This document shows positions 1 through 11,401 of a DNA stretch of 64,000 bases, piece after piece. The position numbers and the translations under genes are program-made. Position 1 is the stretch's first letter; every line of letters starts with the position of its first letter. The notes under the pieces are model-generated. The model ran no database searches and was not told the DNA's origin. It saw only the letters and a program-made list of their open reading frames with translations. Location: NCBI GenBank assembly GCA_030704615.1, contig CM060732.1, positions 37,138,001-37,202,000 of the forward strand, given 5' to 3'. The DNA is from Takakia lepidozioides (lineage: Eukaryota; Plantae; Bryophyta).

Positions 1-200
1 GGTGCAGCTGAGCAGGCAGATTGAAACATGGTCTGGTAAAACCAAGCTGACTCTCCCAACAACCTTGTAAACATCAAGAAGAATACCAAATCGTGATGCT
101 AACAGGAGCCAAGAGCCCACATTTGCAGGATGGACAAACATCTTTACATTGTACATTAAGAAAAGCCACACCTTGCAATTGTGGTTGTCCCACCATCGTG
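1..200 (-). repeat. Partial inverted copy of the PDF-motif exon/intron repeat unit
   Basis: The reverse complement (cacgatggtgggacaaccacaattgcaaggtgtggc...gatttggtattcttcttgatgtttacaagg...tttcaatctgcctgctcag) matches the unit of the 15.9-18.5 kb array. Confidence 0.85.
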
Positions 201-281
201 CAAACTCTAGCTCTCATGCGGTGTACTCAGAATCTGCAAATGTCTCCCTCCGCGCTCAAGCACCCCGCGGTGCAAGACGCC

Positions 282-3200
282 TGTCAAGTTATTTTACCAC
301 TAGTGTGAAACTAGCTAGGAAATAGCTAGCTTTTACATATTGACATTTGGGATTGGCCCAAGTGTCAATCCGGGGTCAAGGCAGATTTAGGCCCTGGAGT
401 GGTTATCTTCATGGCAAGCGCGGGAGGCTCATCTTTCTCGAGTTGAGCCTCACCGCGCCTAGCTATGGCGCCGTAGTGTGGATTCCCCATGGCGTGGGGT
501 GCACTTGGCTTGACTTGTATTTGAGTGATGAGGTTATATATGCATGAGTTTATGCTTCAACTTTGTGAGCTCTCATGAGCTTGTGCTTGTATGTCTTCTT
601 CTTCTTTATCACTCGAGAAAGATCAGCTCGAGTTTGTGAGTGCCAGGTTCGAGTTGTTTTGTAGCACTTGTGTTTTCATGAGAAGCGGTTCAGCCTAGAG
701 TGCAGGGATTCGTGCATGAGCCTATCCAAAGTGGATAGAGTGCAAAGGCGAACAGGTTGCAGGTTTGCAATGGATAGAGAGGCGGGTAGCCTATGTTGAA
801 GAGCGGCGTTGCATAGCTCAACGCTATGGCAACCAAGTTTGGGCTTCTAGTGTGAAGTGGGGGAGATGCTGGTCTCGAGTGGACGAACTGGTGGTCGTCT
901 TCTTCAGCTGCAGGCCGAGTTAAGGAGCTGCAGCAATGTGGAGCTACGAGGGTGTTAGATGCAAGTCACAGTGATCGGGAGCTCCAACTTCAAGCTCATA
1001 AGGAGGTATGAATGAAGAGAGATGGTTGATTTCTCTTGTATGCAAGCCAATGCATTTGTGGCTATGTTGAGTTGGGGGTTTCAATCTGAAACTCCAGCGG
1101 TATGAGGGCTCTTGTCATTGCAAGAGTAGGGCTGGAACAAGAGCTAAGAGGTGCGGCAAGGCCATGGAATGTACACCTAGGGTTTCAGAGCTTGGAAGAA
1201 GAGCTCTTGCACCACAAGAGGAGTGTCTTGTGGCTGGAAATGTAAGCCTTAGGGTTTCAGGAGCTTGGCAAGGGCTGTGGAGTGCTTAGTCTTGTCTTAG
1301 AGAGCATCAAGGAGCCAAGGAGCCAAGATAAGGGGCTGATATCTCTTGTGTGAAGAGGTTGCATGTGTGGAGCATGTATTCGGCTCATTGAAGCTTACAT
1401 CTTCAAGTTTGAAGGGCAAGCAAGGAAGAGGGAAGGGCTGACCTCCCTTATGTGAGGGCAATGCATGTGTGGAGCATGCTATCAGCCTGGTGAAGGCTTG
1501 CACTTTCAGGTCTGGGAGTGCAAGAAAGGAAGGAAGGGGCTGGTTTCCCTGTAGGTCATGTGTAGAGCATGCTTTCAGCCTGCTGCAGCTTGTATTTTCA
1601 GGTCTGTGGGTGCAAGAAAGGAAGCAAAAAGGGCTGATTCTCTTGTGGCGAGAGTAGGGCATGTGTGGAGCATGCCTTCAGTCCATTGGGCTTTTGTTTT
1701 CAAGCTTTAGAGAGCTAAAACGGAAGGTCTAGGGCTGGTTTCCACTTGGAGTGAAAGAAAAGCACTTGTAGGGCCTATGTGAGTTGGGGTTTCAACTTCA
1801 AGCTTGAAGGGAGCGCAACTCTTGAAGCAGCAGGTGTAGGGGGCTGGAATAGGCTCTAAGACAGATGCTATGGCCAAGGAGAGTGCTTGAATGAGTGCTC
1901 ACAAGGGCTGGGAACCAGCAGGGCTTGGTTGTTTGCCATTGAGTTTAGTGGCGTGTTTGGGGAGGCTAAGTGAGAAAGAAGGCTTGGTTTGTGGCAACCA
2001 CCTCATGGCTTAGGGCTACTATGGTGGTGTGTGGGAGCCGAAAGAGCAAGAATACCTTGCTAATTCCTCACAACCGCCATAGCTCGGTGCAAAGAAGCCT
2101 AGAGTCCAAGAGACACAAACCCTATCTTGGCGTGGCTAAGCCCCTTGGAGAAATGGCTAAACTGCCAGAGCGGCCATAGAGGGGCTGTGTCGGTCTGTGC
2201 CGGTGGCCTCCCGGGCTGTGACGAGCTGTGTCGGGCTGCGCCGGGCTGTGAGGGGCTGTGCGGGGTTGTGTCGGTGGCCTCCGGCTGTGGGGGGGCTGTG
2301 AGGGGCTGTGTTGGGCTGTGCCGGTGGCCCTCCGGGCTGTGCGGGGCTGTGTCGGGCTGTGACGAGCTGTGCTGGTGGCCCTCCGGGCTGTGAGGGGCTG
2401 TGCAGGGCTGTGTCGGTGGCCTCCCGGGCTGTGACGAGCTGTGCAGGGCTGTGCGGGACTGTGTCGGGCTGTGACGAGCTGTGCCGGGGGCCCTCCGGGC
2501 TGTGGGGGGCTGTGCGGGGCTGTGTCGGGCTGTGCCGGTGGCCTACCGGGCTGTGACGAGCTTTGCCGGGCTGTGGGGGGCTGTTCCGGGCTGTGCCCCT
2601 GGCCTTTGGGGCTGTCACGGGCTATGACGGGCTGTGACAGGCTGTGCCCGTGGCCTTTGGGGCTGTGATGGGCCGTGAGGGGCTGTGATAGGCCGTGCCT
2701 GAGGCCTTTGGGGCTGTGACGGGCTGCGCCTCTAGCTTTTGGGGCTGGGGCCTATGTGGGGCTGTGACGGCTGTCACCAGTGACCAAGGTAGGCCTGTGC
2801 TGGTCTGTGGTGGCCCGTGTTGACCTGTGGAGGGCCAGTGCTGACTCGTGGAGGCACTGGTGGACTGCCTAAGGACTGGCATGTGGTCTTGAAGGCCGAA
2901 TTTTGACGCTCGTGGAGGGCAGTTCGAGGAGTATCTTCATGATATTCCCATGGTTATGCAAGTGTGAGAGGAGAGGAAGAGTGTTGGGATGAGAGCATGC
3001 TGGGGTTAGGCATTGCTTTAGCTTCTCTTCCTCGTACTTTTCCACCCTCTCATTAGGCCAAGACCTTTCCGTAGGTGGAGGCAAGAGTCAGTCCGGGTTT
3101 GGGCTGGGGTGTCCTTGCAGGAGCAACACCGTGGAGTTGTTTTTGGTGTGGGGGAGTTGTCGTTCTGATTTCTTGTGTTTGGATCCCCCCCCCATACATG

Positions 3201-3515
3201 CATGCTTGATTGTGTGCCATGTTAGTTTTGTGTGGGCGCTTGCTTTCATAGGGATTAGGCCGGGTTTGATCACCGGTCAGTCCTAGAGTATGCTGTCGGT
3301 GGTGAGGCTGGAGTGATGACCAGTCAGACCATCATTGTTTCTCCTGTGGTGAGGTTGGAGATGATGACCAGCCAACCATAGGAGTGCTTGCGGTGGGTGC
3401 AGGTGTAGGCTATGTTAGGAACCTAGTATTCCAAACCATAAGCCGCAACAGGTTCTCTACCCGGTAACCTTGTGGAGAGGGGGTTAGAGACATGTTCATG
3501 ACCGGTTGAGTGACA
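282..3515 (+). repeat. Putative 5' LTR of family A (~3.2 kb)
   Basis: TGTCA...TGACA termini shortly upstream of gag; the 3' boundary is inferred because no 3' LTR is present for comparison. Confidence 0.6.
2181..2775 (+). repeat. GGGCTGTG/CACAGCCC-rich minisatellite inside LTR A
   Basis: Tandem degenerate gggctgtg(t/a)c units; source of the spurious Cys/Gly/Pro ORFs. Confidence 0.9.
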
Positions 3516-3720
3516 GTTTGTCAACACGGAGGTGCCACTAGTTGCTGGGGAGAGTGCCAATTCGAGTACTAGCGATACTAGTGGGTACACGAGACAAGGT
3601 GTGCGGTTTAGGCCACCTTCACCTCTTGTGTCTTCTACGGAAGGTTCTGATTCGGATTGTGAATCAGGAGGACTCACACCGGCGGTGCAAGTTGTTTCCT
3701 TGCCATTGTTGTAGGACACA

Positions 3721-5038
3721 ATGGAGGAGATGTATGGAGCTACTAAGGGGCCTCGTAGGTACTCTGGAGCTATGGGCACCATCGAGTTGGATGATTTTAT
3801 CCAAGAGTTTGATAGTTGGTGTGATTTGCAGCAAATGCGCAATCCACAACTATTTACGCCTTTCATGGCATGGAAGGGGCTGTTTCAGCACCTTGAGGGC
3901 CCGCCTATGGATGATTACCATGAGTTCAGGCGGGGGCATGAGGTTGAGATTGAGGAGTAGAGGATGTACTGGTCACCCGACTATGTCTCCATCACTAGGG
4001 GCACTAGAGCCACGAGGGCATTGGCTACACCTGCCGCTGCACCGGCAGCTTCAGCAAGCAGCAGTGGGACTGGTGATACCATAGCTACGACGCCCACCCA
4101 AGCTACTGCTGTACCAGCACCAGTGGCGGTGCCTGCCTTCAACCCTGTTGTGGAGTTCTTCGAAGAGTTAAGAGGGAACTACCAAGGGGTGAGGACAGAG
4201 AAGTTGCGGAGCTTACAAGAGTTCCAACGGAAGCCGACTGAGAGCTTGAGGGAGGCTTTCACTCGCATGAGGCGATTGATAAATGTAACCCAAGGGGTTA
4301 CGGAAGCTCAGGCAGTCCAATTCTGGTATGGGATATTGGACAAGGAGCTGAGGAGAAGGGTGCGGGATGCAACTCTCCTACAAGCGGCTCAACCCACCTT
4401 AGCAAATGTGTTTTTGCTGGCAGAGCGGATAGAGCTCAACATGGTGGAGGAACGAGTGGTCATGGTGGGATTTGCTAAGGAGACACCGCGGGGTAGTGGT
4501 GCTCCTAGCCAACCACTACCTCAACGTGCTCAAGGCAACAAGGGGGCTCAAGTGAAGCCCAGGGAAGGACAGAGAGGACCTCAGATGCAGGGGTCTCTCC
4601 CTTCATTTGCAGGCCAGCAACGGGCGGATGTGGTATGTTGGACATGTGGAGGACCCCATGTCAAGAAGGATTGCCCAGAGGGAGGCAAAGGGCTAGCATA
4701 TGCACAGCCTGCACAATTGCAGTGTAGGCATTGTGGCAAGCACGGGCATGGAGAGGCCCAGTGTTATGGTTTGCATCCTGAGTTGCGCCCAGGCCAGTTC
4801 CAAGGGAACAATGGTGGCCGGGGGCGGGGTGGAGCAGCCCAGAGAGGACGAGGTGGCCAGGCATGAGGTGCAGGCCAAGGGCAAGCTCAACATGGCCAAG
4901 GACGCGGAGGTCAGGGTGGTGACCAAGGCATGGCCAACCGGCTTCAGCAGCTAGAACAGAGGCTCGCTGCCATGGCCATAGCTCAGTTGGTACCGGCTCC
5001 AAGGCCGGATGGTCCACCTCCTGCTCCTGAGGGAGGAG
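3721..5038 (+). pseudogene. gag: gag of family A (left copy), disrupted
   Basis: Capsid-like FFEELRGNYQG...FQRKPTESLREAFTRM; CWTCGGPHVKKDC and CRHCGKHGHGEAQC knuckles; in-frame stops at 3958-3960 and 4864-4866. Confidence 0.85.
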
Positions 5039-7712
5039 GTGACAACTGAGGTGGTCCTGGTGCAATACCCGCACTCTCCTCCTCTCCTGACGGTACAAAA
5101 GCTTCTACCCAGGCTTGTTGCACACGACAATCAGCAATCTGCTGCAAATCCTTGCTCGTACCCCACAATGGAGTATGAGCAACCATGGCAGACAACTCCG
5201 TCGTACCATGTATGTCATCCTGCTCTGCTGGAGGTGGCACATCCTCTGCATGGGCATTGCCCTCCGGCAACTCTTGAGGCCAAGTCACTGCAGCTGTGAA
5301 TGCTACTAGTGTCGGCATCTTGCCTCACTGGGCAACCGCAACTCCTCCTATGAACGTGACAGGGAGCTGCACACGCCGGCCTTCCCCTGACTGCCATCCA
5401 GGCCTATAGGAAGCTAACTCCTCCCAAAAATCCAGGGTGAAGCCCATGGGGTACAACACTGCCCCACCAACCAGGACATCATACGAGACCGCGTCTGTCA
5501 CAATGGCCTTGGCTCGCATCACTGAGCCATCTGTAGGGTGATCCGGCCGTAGTCTGATATCCAACTCACGCCGTGTCATGCCCCGAGCCTGCTCCAATCC
5601 TCCCAGAGACGTCTGTATCTGGAAAGGACAAGGCTCCATATCCGCCTCCGTGAGGCCCAAGCCTGCAATAGCAGCTTTGCCCAGCATCAATGGCTGAGCT
5701 CCCGAGTCCAACAAGACCCGCAGTGGCCGGTACCTCTTGCCTGCCGGTCCACTCAAACAGAAAATACCATCCTGGTTGTCTAACAAGACAACTCCAGGTG
5801 TCACCATGGCGCGCTCAATGGCTGGCCTAGCTGGCAGCTCCATTAACTTGGCAGCTGCAGCTTGCCATGGCGCCGCCGTGGCAGTCTTGACCCTCAAATC
5901 CGAGGATCCCTCCGGCACTACACCTCCCACTATCTCCGCAGAAGATGAAGTAACCTTCCCACTCTCACATAGTGTAGCTGCCAGCCTGAACACCTCAGCT
6001 GGTCTTACCCCCAACGTCGCAATCATGGTAGCCGAGAACAATGGAGCCTGACACACAGATGTGGCCGCTCCTAGCAGCACACTAGCTGCCGTAACCTTTG
6101 CAACACTAGGTAGTGGTGCTACCCGTGTAGCTCTCCCCAATGGCATAGTAACTTCCGCCTCGGTAACAGTCAGGCGAGAACTAGGTGCCATGGATGGCGT
6201 CGACACTGTCTCCGCCAATGTGAATGACTGAGGAAGCCTAGCCTGACGGTTTGCCTTCCCACGCTGTGGATCCAACTCCACCTCTGCACCTCGTGGCTCA
6301 GGAACTCGTGCTGCTCCTCGAGTCACGGCCGCAGTAGACTCCACCTGCACTACTGGTAGTGCTGCTCCGCACATGAATCCCATGCCTCCCATATCTCCTC
6401 CCTTAGGAGCAGGAGGTGGACCATCCGGCCTTGGAGCCGGTACCAACTGAGCTGTGGCCATGGCAGCGAGCCTCTGTTCTAGCTGCTGAAGCCGGTTGGC
6501 CATGCCTTGGTCACCACCCTGACCTCCGCGTCCTCGGCCATGTTGAGCTTGCCCTTGGCCTGCACCTCATGCCTGGCCACCTCGTCCTCTCTGGGCTGCT
6601 CCACCCCGCCCCCGGCCACCATTGTTCCCTTGGAACTGGCCTGGGCGCAACTCAGGATGCAAACCATAACACTGGGCCTCTCCATGCCCGTGCTTGCCAC
6701 AATGCCCACACTGCAATTGTGCAGGCTGTGCATATGCTAGCCTTTTGCCTCCCTCTGGGCAATCCTTCTTGACATGGGGTCCTCCACATGTCCAACATAC
6801 CACATCCGCCCGTTGCTAGCCTGCAAATGAAGGGAGAGGCCCCTGCATCTAAGGTCCTCTCTGTCCTTCCCTGGGCTTCACTTGAGCCCCCTTGTTGCCT
6901 TGAGCACGTTGAGGTAGTGGTTGGCTAGGAGCACCACTACCCTGTGGTGTCTCCTTAGCAAATCCCACCATGACCACTCGTTCCTCCACCATGTTGAGCT
7001 CTATCCACTCTGCCAGCAAAAACACATTTGTTAAGGTGGGTTGGGTCGCTTGTAGGAGAGTTGCATCCCGCACCCTTCTCCTCAGCTCCTTGTCCAATAT
7101 CCCATACCAGAATTGGACTGCCTGAGCTTCCGTAACCCCTTGGGTTACATTTATCAATCGCCTCATGCGAGTGAAAGCCTCCCTCAAGCTCTCAGTCGGC
7201 TTCCATTGGAACTCTTGTAAGCTCCGCAACTTCTCTGTCCTCACCCCTTGGTAGTTCCCTCTTAACTCTTCGAAGAACTCCACAACAGGGTTGAAGGCAG
7301 GCACCGCCACTGGTGCTGGTGCAGCAGTAGCTTGGGTGGGCGTCGTAGCTATGGTATCACCAGTCCCACTGCTGCTTGCTGATGCTGCCGGTGCAGCGGC
7401 AGGTGTAGCCAATGCCCTCGTGGCTCTAGTGCCCCTAGTGATGGAGACATAGTCGGGTGACCAGTACATCCTCCACTCCTCAATCTCAACCTCATGCCCC
7501 CGCCTGAACTCATGGTAATCATCCATAGGCGGGCCCTCAAGGTGCTGAAACAGCCCCTTCCATGCCATGAAAGGCGTAAATAGTTGTGGATTGCGCATTT
7601 GCTGCAAATCACACCAACTATCAAACTCTTGGATAAAATCATCCAACTCGATGGTGCCCATAGCTCCAGAGTACCTACGAGGCCCCTTAGTAGCTCCATA
7701 CATCTCCTCCAT
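5039..7712 (-). pseudogene. gag-pol: gag-aspartic protease of family A (right copy), disrupted
   Basis: ORFs 6849-7901, 6567-6803, 5325-6503 and 4983-5318 lie in one frame separated by stops; retropepsin motifs LLDSGA and YDVLVG. Confidence 0.85.
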
Positions 7713-7917
7713 TGTGTCCCACAACAATGGCAAGGAAACAACTTGCACCGCCGGTGTGAGTCCTCCTGATTCACAATCCGAATCAGAACCTTCCGTAGAA
7801 GACACAAGAGGTGAAGGTGGCCTAAACCGCACACCTCGTCTCGTGTACCCACTAGTATCACTAGTGCTCGAACCGACACTCTCCCCAGCAACTAGTGGCA
7901 CCTCCGTGTTGACAAAC

Positions 7918-10900
7918 TGTCACTCAACCGATCATGAACATGTCTCTAACCCCCTCTCCACAAGGTTACCGGGTAGAGAACCTGTTGCGGCTTATGGTTT
8001 GGAATACTAGGTTCCTAACATAGCCTGCACCTGCACCTGCATCCACCGCAAGCACTCCTATGGTTGGCTAGTCATCACCTCCAACCTCACCACAGGAGAA
8101 ACAATGATGGTCTGACTGGTCATCACTCCAGCCTCACCACCGACAACATACTCTAGGACTGACCGGTGATCAAACCCGGCCTAATCCCTATGAAAGCAAG
8201 CGCCCACACAAAACGAACATGGCGCACAATCAAGCATGCAGGTATGGGGGGGATCCAAACAAAAAAAAATCAGAACGACAACTCCCCCACACCAAAAACA
8301 ACTCCACGGTGTTGCTCCTGCAAGGACACCCCAGCCCAAACCCGGACTGACTCTTGCCTCCACCTACGGAAAGGTCTTGGCCTAATGAGAGGGTGGAAAA
8401 CTACGAGGAAGAGAAGCTAAAGCAATGCCTAACCCCAGCATGCTCTCATCCCAACACTCTTCCTCTCCTCTCACACTTGCATAACCATGGGAATATCATG
8501 AAGATACTCCTCGAACTGCCCTCCACGAGCATCAAAATTCGGCCTTCAAGACCACATGCCAGTCCTTAGGCAGTCCACCAGTGCCTCCACGAGTCAGCAC
8601 TGGCCCTCCACAGGTCAACACGGGCCACCACAGACCAGCACAGGCCTACCTTGGTCACTGGTCACAGCCGTCACAGCCCCACATAGGCCCCAGCCCCAAA
8701 AGCCAGAGGCACAGCCCGTCACAGCCCGTCATAGCCCCAAAGGCCTCATGCACGGCCTATCACAGCGCCTCACGGCCCATCACAGCCCCAAAGGCCACGG
8801 GCACAGCCTGTCACAGCCCGTCATAGCCCGTGACAGCCCCAAAGGCCAGGGGCACAGCCCGGAACAGCCCCCCACAACCCGGCAAAGCTCGTCACAGACC
8901 GGGAGGCCACCGGCACAGCCCGACACAGCCCGGAGGGCCCCCGGCACAGCTCGTCACAGCCCGACATAGCCCCGCACAGCCCCCCACAGCCCGGAAGGCC
9001 ACCGGCGCAGCCCGGCACAGCCCCCCACAGCCCCGCACAGCTCGTCACAGCCCGGGAGGCCACCGACACAGCCCTGCACAAGCCCCCACAGCCCGGAGGG
9101 CCACCAGCACAGCCCGACATAGCCCCGCACAGCCCTGCACAGCCCCCCACAGCCCGGAGGGCCACCGGCACAGCTCGTCACAGCCCGACACAGCCCCGCA
9201 CAGCCCTACACAGCCCTACACAGCCCCCCACAGCCCGGAGGACCACCGGTACAGCCCCGCACAGCCCTCCACAGCCCCCCCACAGCCCGGAGGGCCACCG
9301 GCACAGCCCCGCACAGCCCCTCACAGCCTGGCGCAGCCCGGCACAGCTCGTCACAGCCCCTCACAGCCCGGCACAGCTCGTCGCAGCCCGACACAGCCCG
9401 GAGGGCCACCAGCACAGCCCCGCACAGCCCCTCACCGCCCGGCGCAGCCCGGCACAGCTCGTCACAGCCCGGGAGGCCACCGGCACAGCTCGACACAGCC
9501 CCTCTATGGCCGCTCTGGCAGTTTAGCCATTTCTCCAAGGGGCTTAGCCACGCCAAGCTAGGGTTTGTGTCTCTTGGACTCTAGGCTTCTTAGCACCGAG
9601 CTATGGCGGTTGTGAGGAATTAGCAAGGTATTCTTGCTCTTACGGCTCCCACACACCACCATAGTAGCCCTAAGCCATGAGGTGGTTGCCACAAACCAAG
9701 CCTTCTTTCTCACTTAGCCTCCCAAACACGCCACTAAACTCAATGGCAAACAACCAAGCCCTGCTGGTTCCCAGCCCTTGTGAGCACTCATTCAAGCACT
9801 CTCCTTGGCCATAGCATCTGTCTTAGAGCCTATTCCAGCCCCCTACACCTGTTGCTTCAAGAGTTGCGCTCCCTTCAAGCTTGAAGTTGAAACCCCAACT
9901 CACATAGGCCCTACAAGTGCTTTTCTTTCACTCCAAGTGGAAACCAGCCCTAGACCTTCCGTTCTAGCTCTCTAAAGCTTGAAAACAAAAGCCCAATGGA
10001 CTGAAGGCATGCTCCACACATGCCCTACTCTCGCCACAAGAGAATCAGCCCTTTTTGCTTCATTTCTTGCACCCACAGACCTGAAAATACAAGCTGCAGC
10101 AGGCTGAAAGCATGCTCTACACATGACCTACAGGGAAACCAGCCCCTTCCTTCCTTTCTTGCACTCCCAGACCTGAAAGTGCAAGCCTTCACCAGGCTGA
10201 TAGCATGCTCCACACATGCATTGCCCTCACATAAGGGAGGTCAGCCCTTCCCTCTTCCTTGCTTGCCCTCCAAACTTGAAGATGGAAGCTTCAATGAGCC
10301 GAATACATGCTCCACACATGCAACCTCTTCACACAAGAGATATCAGCCCCTTATCTTGGCTCCTTGGCTCCTTGATGCTCTCTAAGACAAGACTAAGCAC
10401 TCCACAGCCCTTGCCAAGCTCCTGAAATTCTAAGGCTTACATTTCCAGCCACAAGACACTCCTCTTGTGGTGCAAGAGCTCTTCTTCCAAGCTCTGAAAC
10501 CCTAGGTGTACATTCCATGGCCTTGCCGCACCTCTTAGCTCTTGTTCCAGCCCTGCTCTTGCAATGACAAGAGCCCTCATACCGCTGGAGTTTCAGATTG
10601 AAACCCCCGACTCAACATAGCCACAAATGCATTGGCTTGCATACAAGAGAAATCAACCATCTCTCTTCATTCATACCTCCTTATGAGCTTGAAGTTGGAG
10701 CTCCCGATAATTGTGACTTACATCTAACATCCTCGCACCTACACATTGCCGCTGCTCCTTAACTCGGCCTGCAGCTGAAGAAGACGACCACCAGTTTGCC
10801 CACTCGAGACCAGCATCTCCCCCACTTCACACTAGAAGCCCAAACTTGGTTGCCATAGTGTTGAGCTATGCAACGCCGCTCTTCAACATAGGCTACCCGC

Positions 10901-11401
10901 CTCTCTATCCATTGCAAACCTGCAACATGTTCGCCTTTGCACTCTATCCACTTTGGATAGGCTCATGCACGGATCCCTGCACTCTAGGTTGAACCGCTTC
11001 TCATGAAAACACAAGTGCTACAAAACAACTCGAACTTGGCACTCACAAACTCGAGCTGATCTTTCTCGAGTGATAAAGAAGAAGAAGACATACAAGCACA
11101 AGCTCATGCGAGCTCACAAAGCTGAAGCATCAACTCATGCATATATAAACTCATCACTCAAATACAAGTCAAGCCAAGTGCACCCCACGCCATGGGGAAT
11201 CCACACTACGGCGCCATAGCTAGGCGCGGTGAGGCTCAACTCGAGAAAGATGAGCCTCCCGCGCTTGCCGTGAAGATAACCACTCCAGGGCCTAAATTTG
11301 CCTTGACCCCTGGATTGACACTTGGGCCAATCCCAAATGTCAATATGTAAAAGCTAGCTATTTCCTAGCTAGTTTCACACTAGTGGTAAAATAACTTGAC
11401 A
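7918..11401 (-). repeat. Putative 5' LTR of family A, right copy (~3.5 kb)
   Basis: Reverse complement of 282-3515 with a longer minisatellite. Confidence 0.6.
8660..9502 (-). repeat. CACAGCCC minisatellite in right LTR A (about 250 bp longer than in the left copy)
   Basis: Tandem cacagccc units. Confidence 0.9.

Larger units (their letters stand above)
282..5038 (+). mobile_element. 5' half of Ty3/gypsy-like LTR retrotransposon, family A (left arm of palindrome)
   Basis: Starts TGTCAAG; long LTR-like region, then gag with two zinc knuckles; near-identical reverse complement of 6395-11401; truncated at GGGAGGAG (5031-5038). Confidence 0.9.
5031..11401 (-). mobile_element. 5' half of family A LTR retrotransposon (right arm plus protease-containing spacer)
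   Basis: Begins TGTCAAG at 11401 on the minus strand; LTR-gag-protease order (VLLDSGA); truncated before RT. Confidence 0.9.

Noticed and set aside
200-281. Continuation of the interrupted LINE RT on the far side of the palindrome
   Set aside because: No TSD, and no RT-like translation continuing after AFDSVPQDL
2127-2882. Cys/Gly- and Pro/His-rich ORFs (also 8556-9561, 25160-25417, 32669-33088)
   Set aside because: Translations of the CACAGC minisatellite, open in several frames on both strands
282-11401. DIRS-type element with inverted terminal repeats, or a single insertion
   Set aside because: The inverted arms include gag, an aspartic protease is present, and there is no tyrosine recombinase, RT or TSD
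282-11401. Pure read fold-back assembly artefact
   Set aside because: The arms differ by many substitutions, private stops and minisatellite length, and end exactly at LTR termini; long-read confirmation is still advisable
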